Below are positions 1 to 8,717 of a DNA stretch of 32,000 nt, one piece after another. Source of the stretch: Clostridiales bacterium. GTDB lineage: Bacteria > Bacillota > Clostridia > Clostridiales > Clostridiaceae. The notes beneath the pieces were generated by a model that was given only the letters and a program-made list of their open reading frames with translations, had not been told where the DNA came from and did not search any database. Location of the stretch: assembly GCA_017889345.1 (NCBI GenBank), contig JAGHEJ010000059.1:13280-45279 (forward strand). The letters are read 5' to 3'. The stretch's first letter is position 1, and every line of letters starts with the position of its first letter. The position numbers and the translations under genes are program-made.

Positions 1-164
1 CAAAATCCAGTATATGAAACTATTTTTAGAACTGAGGGACCTAATATAATTCCGGCGATTAAAGCTCCAACAACATTTGTTATTTTTAGTTTACTAGTTA
101 TAGATCCAAGAAGCTTTGTAAGAACAAGGATTAAACATAATTCAATTAAAAAATTAGGATCCAT
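1..164 (-). CDS. Cation:proton antiporter (Kef/NapA-like), N-terminal 54 codons only; the gene runs off the left edge
   Basis: Reverse-strand ATG at 164-162 is preceded by AAGGAGG (176-170). The translation is MDPNFLIELCLILVLTKLLGSITSKLKITNVVGALIAGIILGPSVLKIVSYTGF. It shows the 'G-x-x-x-AG-x-x-LGPS' first-TM pattern typical of CPA-type antiporters (from memory). Confidence 0.5.
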   Translation of the reverse strand, partial: MDPNFLIELCLILVLTKLLGSITSKLKITNVVGALIAGIILGPSVLKIVSYTGF

Positions 165-184
165 AGAACCCTCCTTATTTATTA

Positions 185-886
185 TTATTTTTTAAATATA
201 AATTTCAAAAATTCTGAAAATTTAAAATCGTCATCAGAAATTATACTTGATAGGATAAAACTTCCTAGACCGAAAGTTATGAAAATATCTTTAATATCTG
301 CTATGAAAAGATTATGAATGTGTAGAAAGTCAAGGCTTCCTCCCCAAAAAATTTTATCTATTAAGGAACATAACCCACCAGAAAACAAAAATATGAATGT
401 TAACTGTTTAATTGAGTTAAGTTGTTTTTTATAAATTTTAAACCTATAGATCAAAAATATAAATACTAAGATTAAAAAATTTAAAATAATAAACAATATA
501 AATGGTGCATTTAAATTAAATCTTGAAGCTATAAAAGATCCTTCATCATTTATATGGGGGGTAATTGAAAAATAGTTAGGTATTAAGTTTATAGATGAAA
601 TACGTTTATTAATAAATATTAATGAAACAATTATTTTGGAAATTTGATCTATTAAGAATAAAACACATATTGAAATTAGCATACCCTTATTTTTTAGAAT
701 TATGGATTTTTTATGATAAATAAAAAATATATAGGAAATAATTAAGAGAAGAAATGTTGGTATAAAATTCATAACTATTGAATACACACCTTTAATATTT
801 CCAGATATAAATTCAAATAAGCAATATGCAAGCCAAAGAGAGGGATAAATTATTAGAAAATGATATAATTTTAAGGCTTTCGTCAT
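185..886 (-). CDS. Divergent signal peptidase II (LspA)-like polytopic membrane protein with an extra N-terminal ~65 aa
   Basis: The ORF track starts at TTG 901. However, TTGGAGGATAAACATATG reads as SD GGAGGA + 7 nt + ATG at 886, so I reassigned the start (233 aa). LspA-like motifs are present: LIDQISK, N-DEGSF (degenerate NxGAAF), GGLCSLIDK, GGSLDFL, FIADIKD. Both Asp positions of the LspA catalytic dyad appear retained. Confidence 0.55.
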   Translation of the reverse strand: MTKALKLYHFLIIYPSLWLAYCLFEFISGNIKGVYSIVMNFIPTFLLLIISYIFFIYHKKSIILKNKGMLISICVLFLIDQISKIIVSLIFINKRISSINLIPNYFSITPHINDEGSFIASRFNLNAPFILFIILNFLILVFIFLIYRFKIYKKQLNSIKQLTFIFLFSGGLCSLIDKIFWGGSLDFLHIHNLFIADIKDIFITFGLGSFILSSIISDDDFKFSEFLKFIFKK

Positions 887-980
887 ATGTTTATCCTCCA
901 AAAAATTAAGTATCTATAAAATCATAATATAAAATGAAATATAATACAAAAGTAAATTAAGATAAATAATCATATTATCA

Positions 981-1009
981 TTGAATATTTTACAAAAATT
1001 ATGTATAAT
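981..1009 (+). promoter_or_regulatory. Sigma-A-type promoter (TTGAAT - 17 nt - TATAAT, TG just upstream of the -10)
   Basis: TTGAAT at 981-986 and TATAAT at 1004-1009 with an exact 17-nt spacer. This is the best promoter match in the 640-bp gap upstream of 1539. AT-rich background lowers specificity. Confidence 0.4.
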
Positions 1010-1145
1010 TGGGGCGTTAATATTAAGTTATTAATATTACTTTCTTGATATCAAGTATATTTATTTTAAAATTTATTTAGATGCAATTAATTTATTTCAA
1101 TATTTAAAGTAATATACATTTATAATTAATTTAACCTATAATAAC

Positions 1146-1177
1146 TAATTTGTAACTTTTGTTAATAATTTGTAACT
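1146..1177 (+). repeat. Direct repeat TAATTTGTAACT x2, spaced 20 bp start to start
   Basis: Identical 12-mers at 1146-1157 and 1166-1177. They lie inside the untranslated region between the 981 promoter and the 1219 terminator. Confidence 0.6.
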
Positions 1178-1218
1178 GTATAACAATTTAAAATAAAAAA
1201 CCTTAGTTTGTAAAAGGA

Positions 1219-1262
1219 AGAGCATCTAAAATATTAAATAATAGATGCTCTTTTTGTTTTTT
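1219..1262 (+). terminator. Rho-independent terminator with no ORF upstream
   Basis: Perfect 10-bp stem AGAGCATCTA (1219-1228) / TAGATGCTCT (1242-1251) with a 13-nt loop, followed by TTTTTGTTTTTT. Confidence 0.7.
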
Positions 1263-1538
1263 GTAGAATTAGGTATAAGGATTGGTTATAAGTTATATAG
1301 AGTTATATGAGATATTTAAATTAATATTAAAAAGTTATAATTGTAAGAAAATAGAAGATAATGAAAGAAAATACTAGAAAATACATTAAAATGCAAATAA
1401 AATAAATCTATATAAATATGTTAAAAAAAGATTACAAATGTTATTATTAGTTCAAGGAGAAAACATAATATAAGTTTCAGCGATTAATTAGTATAGAAAG
1501 TAATTTTTAACTTTGTTTTTAAAATTAGGAGGACAAGT

Positions 1539-4403
1539 ATGAAATCTAAAAATTTAAGAAAATTAGTTGCTAGTATTGCTATGTTAGCATTAAGTGTAAC
1601 GGTTATATCTGGTGTACAAACTAGTGCTGCACCTGCATTTAGTAATCAAATTCAAAATGGTTGGCCTTTAAATCAACCAACTAATGTAACAACTATAACA
1701 GGTAATAATGTTGCAACAATACAAGCTAATGCTACTAAAACTAGTGAGACTATATTTTCTGTAGAAAAAATAGAAACAGGAATTGCTCCAAATAAAGTTC
1801 AAGTTAATGGTCAGGACTTTAATGGTGATAGTGGAGTAGCAAGAATTGGAATAAGACTTGGTGGAAACTTAGCTTCTGCAGTAAGTGCTGAATTAAATGA
1901 TGCAATTAGAGAGTATAGAAATAATGTAAACACTGTTAACTCTAACAGACATAATAGCGGACAAGCTATAGAAATAAAATATCAACAAGCGCTTGGTAGA
2001 AAATTGTATGATTTATTTACAAATGTAAAAGAGGGAACAAGCGATAAGAACAAAGACGTAAGATTCTTGTTAACTTATGAGTTAAGCGATGGAAGATCAA
2101 GAACAACAACTGTTGCTTTAAGTGATTTAAAATTAGAAACACCTGCAACTACAGGAATAAATTCAGTTTCTGATTTACATTCTTTAGTTGATGAAAATGG
2201 ATTAGTTTACTTAACATTAAGAGGACTTCCAGCAGGAGTTACTATAACTAATATGGAGCTTGATTCAAGAAGTAATATTTTTGCTGCTACAAACACAGCA
2301 GGAACTGCTTATTCTGAGCAATCTTCTTTAAGTTATAATGCAGGAAGAGTTTCTATACCAACTTCTACTTGGATATTAACAGGTTCTTTATATCCACAGG
2401 TTACTGTAAATGGACAAGTATTTAAACAATTTGAAGAGCCTACAAATAGTAAAAATGACATAATTGAACAAGATGAACACTTATTTGTTAGAGTTGGTGG
2501 AAATACTATAACATTAGTTGACTTAATAAGAGATCCTGATAATACAATAACAGGAATAACTGTTACAGATAGAAGAGGAGATACTTTTAAAGCTGAAGTT
2601 GGAGATTTTGTTTCAACAAATTCATTCAGTGGATACAAAGATGTAAAAATATTTGGATTAACAACTAGAACAAACTATGAGTTTTCTTACATGGATATAA
2701 CTTATAAGTCTGGAGATGAAGAAAGAACTCAAAGAGTAAGTTTTAATAATAGCGCTGTAACAGATAAAGTAACAGGAGCTGATTACTTAAAAGTTACAAC
2801 TGGAAATGAAGTTGCAGCTCAACTTACTACTTTTAACTCTTTAACAAGTCAAGATCCAACAGTTTTATATCAAGTTAATGTTGGAGAAGATTCTCTTCAA
2901 TATATAGTGAAAGTTAATGAAACATCTAACCTTTCAAGAATTGAAGTTAGAGGTTTAAGAGGAAGTGAGACTTACAAAGTAGAAAATGTTAAGTCTGAAG
3001 ATGGAAAGAAAGATACATCTAACTGGTTTGTAGTTACAATAGAAAACTTAGAAAAAGGAAGAAACTATGACTTCTTATCATTAGAGACTGTTTACACTGA
3101 AAATGGAAGAGATAGATATGGAACTCCTATATCTTTAGGAAGAAGATCAACAGCTCTTGATAATGTGTTATTCCCAGGAAGCGTAAGTAATGGAGATAAT
3201 ATATTTACTACAACAAATAATAGAGGGTATAAGTCTGAGCTTTGGGTAGATGCAAATGTAAAAGCTGAGCAAGTTCCAGGTGGAGTTAAGTTTGTTGCAA
3301 GAGTAAAAGATGCTGACGATATCTTAGATAAAGTTAGGGTATATATAAATGATAATGGAAGCTACAGAGAAGTAGATTCTTCAAATGTTAAAGTTGAAAA
3401 ATCTTATAGAGTTGTTAAAGGTGTAGATGTTAATGGAAGTGGAACAATAAGTGGACAAGCTACAATTGATTATAGTTATGGACCAAGTGCTTCTACTACC
3501 CAAAAAATAACTTTCAATAACGAAGCAAATATAGAGTCAGCTTACGAAATGGTTGAGGTAACTGTTACAGGAATACCTTCAAACTCAGATAGAGAGTTCA
3601 GATTAGAGTTTGGAACTACTCAAGATGGAAATAGAGTTTCTTCATTATTGGGAACTAATGAGGGTGCATTTGGTGCAATTCCAACTAACGGAACTAAGAC
3701 TCAACAAGCTGTAACAAGATACACTAAAGGAAGAGCAGGAACTACAAAAGTAGAAGTTAGCACTTCAAATGTAAAAGTATCTAATATTACAACTACAACT
3801 GCTAACGTTGAAGTTTCAATAAAGAACCCAGATAAAGAGGGAATAGTAGTTGAAGTAGTTGGAGCTACTGGAGTTACAGGTAAGTATAATGTTGATAAAA
3901 ATGTTATAGAATTATCTGGATTAAAGCCAGGAACTGAGTACAAAGATTTAAGATTAACACTTAAATATGGAGATAAAACTACAACTGTAAATGTACCAAC
4001 ATTTAAAACAACTACAACTAGTGAAACTACAACTGGTGTTGCTGGATATGTTTCTAGAGTTTATACAACATTCTTTAACAGAGAGCCAGATCAAGGTGGA
4101 TTATTATACTGGACTGAAAGATTAGTTGGAGGACAAGAGACTTTAAGAGAATTCTTAGGACAATTAGCTTACACTCCAGAATTAATTGAAAAAGGATTAA
4201 CTAACCAACAATTTGTTGAGAGAATGTACGCAATTGTTGATAGAAAAGGTGAAGCTGAGGGAATTAATTTCTGGGTTGGTGAAATCGAGAAAGCAATAAA
4301 AGAAGGAAAAACTCAAAGCGAAGCTAGGGGTTCTGTTGTAGCAAGAATGCTTGAAACTCCAGAAGTTCAATCAATCGCAACAAAATTAGGAATCAAATAC
4401 TAA
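1539..4403 (+). CDS. Secreted large surface protein (S-layer/adhesin-like): FN3-like modules plus a C-terminal DUF4214-like module
   Basis: SD AGGAGG lies 6 nt before the ATG. Sec signal peptide: MKSKNLRKLVASIAMLALSVTVISGVQTSA/AP. FN3-like strands recur (GLTTRTNYEF, GLKPGTEYKD). A Thr-rich linker (TTTTSETTTG) is present. The C-terminus reads YVSRVYTTFFNREPDQGGLLYW...FVERMYAIVDRKGEAEGINFW. A terminator follows directly after the stop. Confidence 0.85.
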   Translation: MKSKNLRKLVASIAMLALSVTVISGVQTSAAPAFSNQIQNGWPLNQPTNVTTITGNNVATIQANATKTSETIFSVEKIETGIAPNKVQVNGQDFNGDSGVARIGIRLGGNLASAVSAELNDAIREYRNNVNTVNSNRHNSGQAIEIKYQQALGRKLYDLFTNVKEGTSDKNKDVRFLLTYELSDGRSRTTTVALSDLKLETPATTGINSVSDLHSLVDENGLVYLTLRGLPAGVTITNMELDSRSNIFAATNTAGTAYSEQSSLSYNAGRVSIPTSTWILTGSLYPQVTVNGQVFKQFEEPTNSKNDIIEQDEHLFVRVGGNTITLVDLIRDPDNTITGITVTDRRGDTFKAEVGDFVSTNSFSGYKDVKIFGLTTRTNYEFSYMDITYKSGDEERTQRVSFNNSAVTDKVTGADYLKVTTGNEVAAQLTTFNSLTSQDPTVLYQVNVGEDSLQYIVKVNETSNLSRIEVRGLRGSETYKVENVKSEDGKKDTSNWFVVTIENLEKGRNYDFLSLETVYTENGRDRYGTPISLGRRSTALDNVLFPGSVSNGDNIFTTTNNRGYKSELWVDANVKAEQVPGGVKFVARVKDADDILDKVRVYINDNGSYREVDSSNVKVEKSYRVVKGVDVNGSGTISGQATIDYSYGPSASTTQKITFNNEANIESAYEMVEVTVTGIPSNSDREFRLEFGTTQDGNRVSSLLGTNEGAFGAIPTNGTKTQQAVTRYTKGRAGTTKVEVSTSNVKVSNITTTTANVEVSIKNPDKEGIVVEVVGATGVTGKYNVDKNVIELSGLKPGTEYKDLRLTLKYGDKTTTVNVPTFKTTTTSETTTGVAGYVSRVYTTFFNREPDQGGLLYWTERLVGGQETLREFLGQLAYTPELIEKGLTNQQFVERMYAIVDRKGEAEGINFWVGEIEKAIKEGKTQSEARGSVVARMLETPEVQSIATKLGIKY

Positions 4404-4412
4404 TACAAATAA

Positions 4413-4447
4413 AAAGTGAAGTTCAGAATTGAGCTTCACTTTCTTTT
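4413..4447. terminator. Bidirectional hairpin terminator between convergent genes
   Basis: AAAGTGAAG (4413-4421) pairs with CTTCACTTT (4434-4442). An A-run lies upstream and a T-run downstream. Confidence 0.75.
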
Positions 4448-5854
4448 TTATTTAGTTTGAAAAAATTGATCAATGTTTTCTTTAAGAGGCGTTAGAAGAT
4501 TTTTAATAACCTCTATATTTTTTGGAGATTGTATTTGATTAAAATAATAAAAGGCTCTTGTGTAATCTCTAAAGCTTAAGTATATAAGTCCTAAAGTGTG
4601 AAGAATGTGAGAGTATGTTTCGTCGATTGTGTTAACCTTATCTGTAATGTCTCCAATAGATTCTACCATTTCATTTATTTGATTAAATTTATCGCTCATA
4701 ACAGAATCATTTTCTAAGATGAGTTTAAAGTAAAATGCGTCCAATGAATTTGGAATTTCATATTCCATAAGTTCAATCACTTCTTTTAATAAATCATATT
4801 TCTTATGAGAAACTGCGATTTTTGCAAGAAGAGTTAAGATGTTGTAATAAAAGTTTTCAATTGAATTTTGAGTGTGTCTAAGTTTTAAACCAGATTTTAG
4901 AATTTTGATACAATCATCTACGTTATGACCTAAAATGTTTTTTTCACGTCCTAAAAAATAATACCATCTAATTTTGTTTGGCTCGAGTTTTATCATTTTC
5001 TCAAGAATTTCTGTGTTTCTTTCAGCTTTGTTCTTCTCTTTAAATACATCAGATTGGTATCCATCGTGAGAAAGAGTTAAATTAAGCATTATATAGTTAA
5101 TAGGTTTATCATTTTTAGAAATGATTTCTTCGTGGATTTTTCCATCAAATTTCATTTCGTGAGTTTTATTAAAAATTCTTTTTGTTGTATTTACCTTTTG
5201 TCCTAGAGAATCAATTGTAGGTGAGAATACAAGTGGATGATCTGAGTTTGCCTTGAAATTTTTAAAAAGAGATATTACATCTTTTATGAGATAAAATTCA
5301 TTTATAGGCGTTTCGTCGGCATCAATTGAAAGTATCCAATCATTTGAAGATTTGTCTATTAGAATGTTTCTTGAGTATGCGAAATCTTTTCTCCATTTGT
5401 CTTTAAATAATTTAACATTTGGAAATTTTTCTTCGATTATTTTAACTGTGTCATCAGTTGATCCAGTATCAAGTACTAGAATTTCATCGGCGAAAGTTGA
5501 GATAGAAGAAAGACATCTTTCTATACAACGTTGTTCATTATAAACAATTAAATTTACGCTTAATTTAATTGGTTCTTCATCTGAAAAAATATTTATCAAA
5601 TTAACGAGGTCTTCGTTTGTTAAGTCATCTTTATAATTTGTGTAATCATCATTTATGAAATATTTTAATATATCAGGGCATGTCCCGCTTATATAACTAA
5701 GAAGGTTTATACGTTTTAAAAGTTTATTTTTAAACTCTTTGTTCATTTCAAAATTATCATCTTTAAGTTTTGTGAAAACATATTTGTGAAAATTCAAATT
5801 GAATTTAAAATAGTCTATATCAATATTTTCAATTATTGAGTTTAGTGTTATCAT
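4448..5854 (-). CDS. Family 2 glycosyltransferase with a C-terminal helical/TPR-like region
   Basis: GT2 pattern: VNLIVYNEQRCIERCL...LVLDTGSTDDT...SIDADE (DxD). The ~200-aa C-terminal half is helical-repeat-like. SD AAAGGTGG precedes ATG 5854. Confidence 0.8.
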   Translation of the reverse strand: MITLNSIIENIDIDYFKFNLNFHKYVFTKLKDDNFEMNKEFKNKLLKRINLLSYISGTCPDILKYFINDDYTNYKDDLTNEDLVNLINIFSDEEPIKLSVNLIVYNEQRCIERCLSSISTFADEILVLDTGSTDDTVKIIEEKFPNVKLFKDKWRKDFAYSRNILIDKSSNDWILSIDADETPINEFYLIKDVISLFKNFKANSDHPLVFSPTIDSLGQKVNTTKRIFNKTHEMKFDGKIHEEIISKNDKPINYIMLNLTLSHDGYQSDVFKEKNKAERNTEILEKMIKLEPNKIRWYYFLGREKNILGHNVDDCIKILKSGLKLRHTQNSIENFYYNILTLLAKIAVSHKKYDLLKEVIELMEYEIPNSLDAFYFKLILENDSVMSDKFNQINEMVESIGDITDKVNTIDETYSHILHTLGLIYLSFRDYTRAFYYFNQIQSPKNIEVIKNLLTPLKENIDQFFQTK

Positions 5855-5911
5855 TATAAACCACCTTTCAAATAAGCTTAACTTAAGCTAATTTTTGTTA
5901 ATCCTATAAAA

Positions 5912-5940
5912 TTATAGCATTAATACATAGTGTTTACAAT
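5912..5940 (-). promoter_or_regulatory. Candidate promoter for the GT2-TPR gene (TTGTAA - 17 nt - TATAAT)
   Basis: On the reverse strand, TTGTAA is at 5940-5935 and TATAAT at 5917-5912. Confidence 0.4.
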
Positions 5941-5961
5941 GAGTTTCAAAGGAAACAACAC

Positions 5962-5991
5962 AAAAAAATAAGAGCTAAGATCTTAGCTCTA
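5962..5991. terminator. Palindromic bidirectional terminator at the end of codA
   Basis: Perfect 20-nt palindrome AGAGCTAAGATCTTAGCTCT (5971-5990), flanked by A7 upstream and T6 downstream. It overlaps the codA stop codon. Confidence 0.75.
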
Positions 5992-7254
5992 TTTTTTAAA
6001 ATTTATTTCTTCCTCTTCATTTAGATTTATAAATGTTTTACTTGGAATTGTTTTTGAAATAATTTTTCCTTCATGAATTGAGTATAAAACTTCGCTTCTC
6101 TTTCTTATAGCGTCGTAAGGAGTAGTTTCATTAAGTATTATTAAATTTCCAGGTTTGTTAACCTCAATGCCGTAAATATTTTCAATGTTTAAAGTTTTTG
6201 CACTATTATAAGTTATAAATTTTAAAGAGTCATTTATATCATCATATCCCATCATTTGGCAAACATGGAGTCCAAAATTTAAAACTTCAAGCATATTGGA
6301 AGTTCCAAGAGGATACCATGGATCAAATATATCGTCATGACCAAAACACACATTAATGTTTGATTCATTTAATTCCTTAACTCTTGTAATACCTCTTCTT
6401 TTTGGATAAGTATCAAATCTTCCTTGAAGGTGGGTGTTAACTAATGGATTTGAAACAAAATTTATATTTGACATTTTTAAAAGTCTAAATAATTTATAAG
6501 TATATGCGTTATTATATGATCCCATTGCAGTTGTATGACTTGCTGTAACTTTGTTTTTAAGTCCAGTTTCAAGAGCTTTTGTGGCTACCATTTCTAAAAA
6601 CCTTGATTGTTCATCATCTATTTCATCACAATGGATATCAATTAGTTTGTTATATTTTAAAGCTAAATCAAAAATTAATTCTATCGATTTAACTCCGTAT
6701 TCACGAGTAAACTCAAAGTGAGGAATTCCTCCAATAACATCTGCTCCAAGTTTTAAAGATTCTTCTAAAAGTTCAAAACCTTTAGGGTAAGAAAGAATTC
6801 CTTCTTGAGGGAAAGCTACAATTTGAAGAGTAATAAAGTCTTTAAATTCTTCTTTAATTTCTATCATTGCCTTTAGGGCGATTAAATTTTTGTCCGTAAC
6901 ATCAACATGAGTTCTTACAAATTGAATTCCATTTGATATTTGCCATTTGATTGCTTTTCTTGCTCTATTTTTAACATCTTCTTTTGTTAAAAGTTTTTTT
7001 CTTTGAGACCATCTTTCAATTCCCTCAAAAAGTGTTCCACTTTTATTCCATTCAGGTTCTCCAGCAGTTAATGCTGTATCTAAATGAATGTGAGGTTCAA
7101 TAAAAGGGGCAAGGGCTATAAGAGAATTTCCTTCGATTATTTCTTCATTTTCTTTTGGGGGAATATTTTTAGAGATTTCTGTGAAAATTTTGTTTTCAAT
7201 TCTTATATCATAGAGATTTTTATCATTTAAAAATTTTACTTTTCTAATTAACAT
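5989..7254 (-). CDS. codA: Cytosine deaminase
   Basis: [28 protein letters not shown] is almost identical to the E. coli CodA metal-site segment (from memory). I moved the start from GTG 7263 to ATG 7254 because AAGGTGA sits 5 nt upstream of it. Confidence 0.9.
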   Translation of the reverse strand: MLIRKVKFLNDKNLYDIRIENKIFTEISKNIPPKENEEIIEGNSLIALAPFIEPHIHLDTALTAGEPEWNKSGTLFEGIERWSQRKKLLTKEDVKNRARKAIKWQISNGIQFVRTHVDVTDKNLIALKAMIEIKEEFKDFITLQIVAFPQEGILSYPKGFELLEESLKLGADVIGGIPHFEFTREYGVKSIELIFDLALKYNKLIDIHCDEIDDEQSRFLEMVATKALETGLKNKVTASHTTAMGSYNNAYTYKLFRLLKMSNINFVSNPLVNTHLQGRFDTYPKRRGITRVKELNESNINVCFGHDDIFDPWYPLGTSNMLEVLNFGLHVCQMMGYDDINDSLKFITYNSAKTLNIENIYGIEVNKPGNLIILNETTPYDAIRKRSEVLYSIHEGKIISKTIPSKTFINLNEEEEINFKK

Positions 7255-7266
7255 AAACTTCACCTT

Positions 7267-8499
7267 TTATTTTTTAAATTTTGTTCCTATTACATACACA
7301 ATTATTGTGATAAATATTGAGTTTAAGGCTGTTATTCCAAAAGGAATAATATTTGAAAATATAAATCCGCACAAGAAAGATATAATAGAGATCCAATTTA
7401 CTTTTTCAAATTTCATATCGTTAATGTTTAAGTAGTTTTGTTTACGTATGAAAAAATAATCTGAAATTATTATTCCTCCAACAGGTGGGAGCATTGAGTT
7501 TAGAAAATTTAAAAATCCAACAAAATTGTTATTAAGCCATATTGAAAAAACAGTTCCAATAAAACCACTAATAAGAACTAATGTTTTTTTGTTTATTTTA
7601 GTTATGTTAGAAAGTCCAAGACCTGCTGTGTAAAGTGCATTATCGTTTGTTGTCCATATATTTAATCCTAAAACTAGTATGGCAGGAATAACTAAACCTT
7701 GAGAGAACATAACATCAGTTACGTCAGAGTTTCCAGTAACCATAGCTCCAATTGCTCCAAATAAAAACATTAAAGAATTTCCAATAAAGAATGCAATAAT
7801 TGTTGTTGATACTGCAACCTTTTTGTTTTTAGAAAATCTTGTGAAGTCTGGAGTAACTGTTCCCCCACTTATAAAAGAACCAACACACAAAGTTATAGCT
7901 GTAATGAGTGATAGTTCATTAATGGGTTCAATATTAAAAAGAGAGTTTACTCCTCCTACTGAATTTACTGCAAGAAATATTGATGTACTCCCAAGAATTG
8001 CAATTGAAGTGACAGCTATTGCGCTTAATATTGTTAAAGATTTCATTCCAAAGTATGCTGTAGAGGTCATTAATACTCCAGTAATTGCAACTAGTAAATA
8101 AACATTTATACCGAATCTATTTGAAATAGGAATTGCAAACATAGCTATTCCAACTCCAAACCATCCAATTTGAGTAATACTTGTTATAAATGATGCTAGG
8201 TAAGATCCTTTTTCGCCAAAGGAGTATCTTGTAAGTAGGTGCATTGATAATGAAGTTTTTGATCCAATGTATGCAAGAATTCCTGTGTAAATTGAGAGAA
8301 TTAAATTTCCTATTAAAACTGCTATGAAGAAATTTTTAAAAGTTAATCCAGTTCCTAAAGTTCCTCCTGTTAACATGCTTGCAGAAAAGAACGTAAAGCC
8401 GAGCATTACAACAAGCATTGAGAAAAATCCTTTTTTGTGGTTATTATCTACATGAGATAATGCGTAATCTGAATCTTTTTTGATTGAATCTTTGTTCAT
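7267..8499 (-). CDS. codB: Cytosine permease (NCS1 family)
   Basis: MLGFTFFSASMLTGGTLGTGLTFKNFFIAVLIGNL... is collinear with the E. coli CodB N-terminus (from memory). The protein is multi-TM throughout. SD AGGAG lies 8 nt before the ATG. Its stop abuts the codA SD, consistent with an operon. Confidence 0.9.
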   Translation of the reverse strand: MNKDSIKKDSDYALSHVDNNHKKGFFSMLVVMLGFTFFSASMLTGGTLGTGLTFKNFFIAVLIGNLILSIYTGILAYIGSKTSLSMHLLTRYSFGEKGSYLASFITSITQIGWFGVGIAMFAIPISNRFGINVYLLVAITGVLMTSTAYFGMKSLTILSAIAVTSIAILGSTSIFLAVNSVGGVNSLFNIEPINELSLITAITLCVGSFISGGTVTPDFTRFSKNKKVAVSTTIIAFFIGNSLMFLFGAIGAMVTGNSDVTDVMFSQGLVIPAILVLGLNIWTTNDNALYTAGLGLSNITKINKKTLVLISGFIGTVFSIWLNNNFVGFLNFLNSMLPPVGGIIISDYFFIRKQNYLNINDMKFEKVNWISIISFLCGFIFSNIIPFGITALNSIFITIIVYVIGTKFKK

Positions 8500-8526
8500 A
8501 GTTTCATCTCCTAAATTTTTATTTAG

Positions 8527-8680
8527 GAAAACTAGTACCTAAAAAAATAACGATCTATCATCTAGATAAGGTCGTTAAAAAAGTTTAGCTCTAAAATTCA
8601 CTTTTATAATATTAATCTTATAATTTCGACCTTGTTAGTCTCACAGGACTAAATTTAAAGGACTAGTTTTCTTTGTAAGT
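8527..8680 (-). promoter_or_regulatory. codBA 5' leader: transcription attenuator with a PyrR-like binding hairpin, antiterminator and terminator
   Basis: All elements read on the reverse strand.
- Binding hairpin: GUCCUUUAAAUUUAGUCCUGUGAGACUAACAAGGUC (8663-8628). Lower stem CCUU/AAGG, upper stem UUAGUC/GACUAA, hexaloop CUGUGA.
- Antiterminator: AAGGUCG (8633-8627) can alternatively pair with CGACCUU (8574-8568).
- Terminator: AACG..AUCUA GAUGA UAGAU CGUU + AUUUUUUU (8576-8541). Confidence 0.5.
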
Positions 8681-8710
8681 ATTATATACTTGTTTATATT
8701 TATAAATCAA
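8681..8710 (-). promoter_or_regulatory. Candidate codBA promoter (TTGATT - 18 nt - TATAAT)
   Basis: On the reverse strand, TTGATT is at 8710-8705 and TATAAT at 8686-8681. The -35 begins 8 nt after the ade stop codon. Confidence 0.4.
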
Positions 8711-8717
8711 CAAAATT

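Noticed and set aside
8527-8680. Possibility that the codBA leader is a second purine riboswitch, given the adjacent one on ade and a CUUAcAA...UUAUAAG P1-like pairing.
   Set aside because: It lacks the conserved purine-aptamer elements (L2 AUAUGG, J2/3 GUUUCUAC, L3 ACCGUAAAU). The internal structure is a single bulged hairpin rather than a three-way junction.
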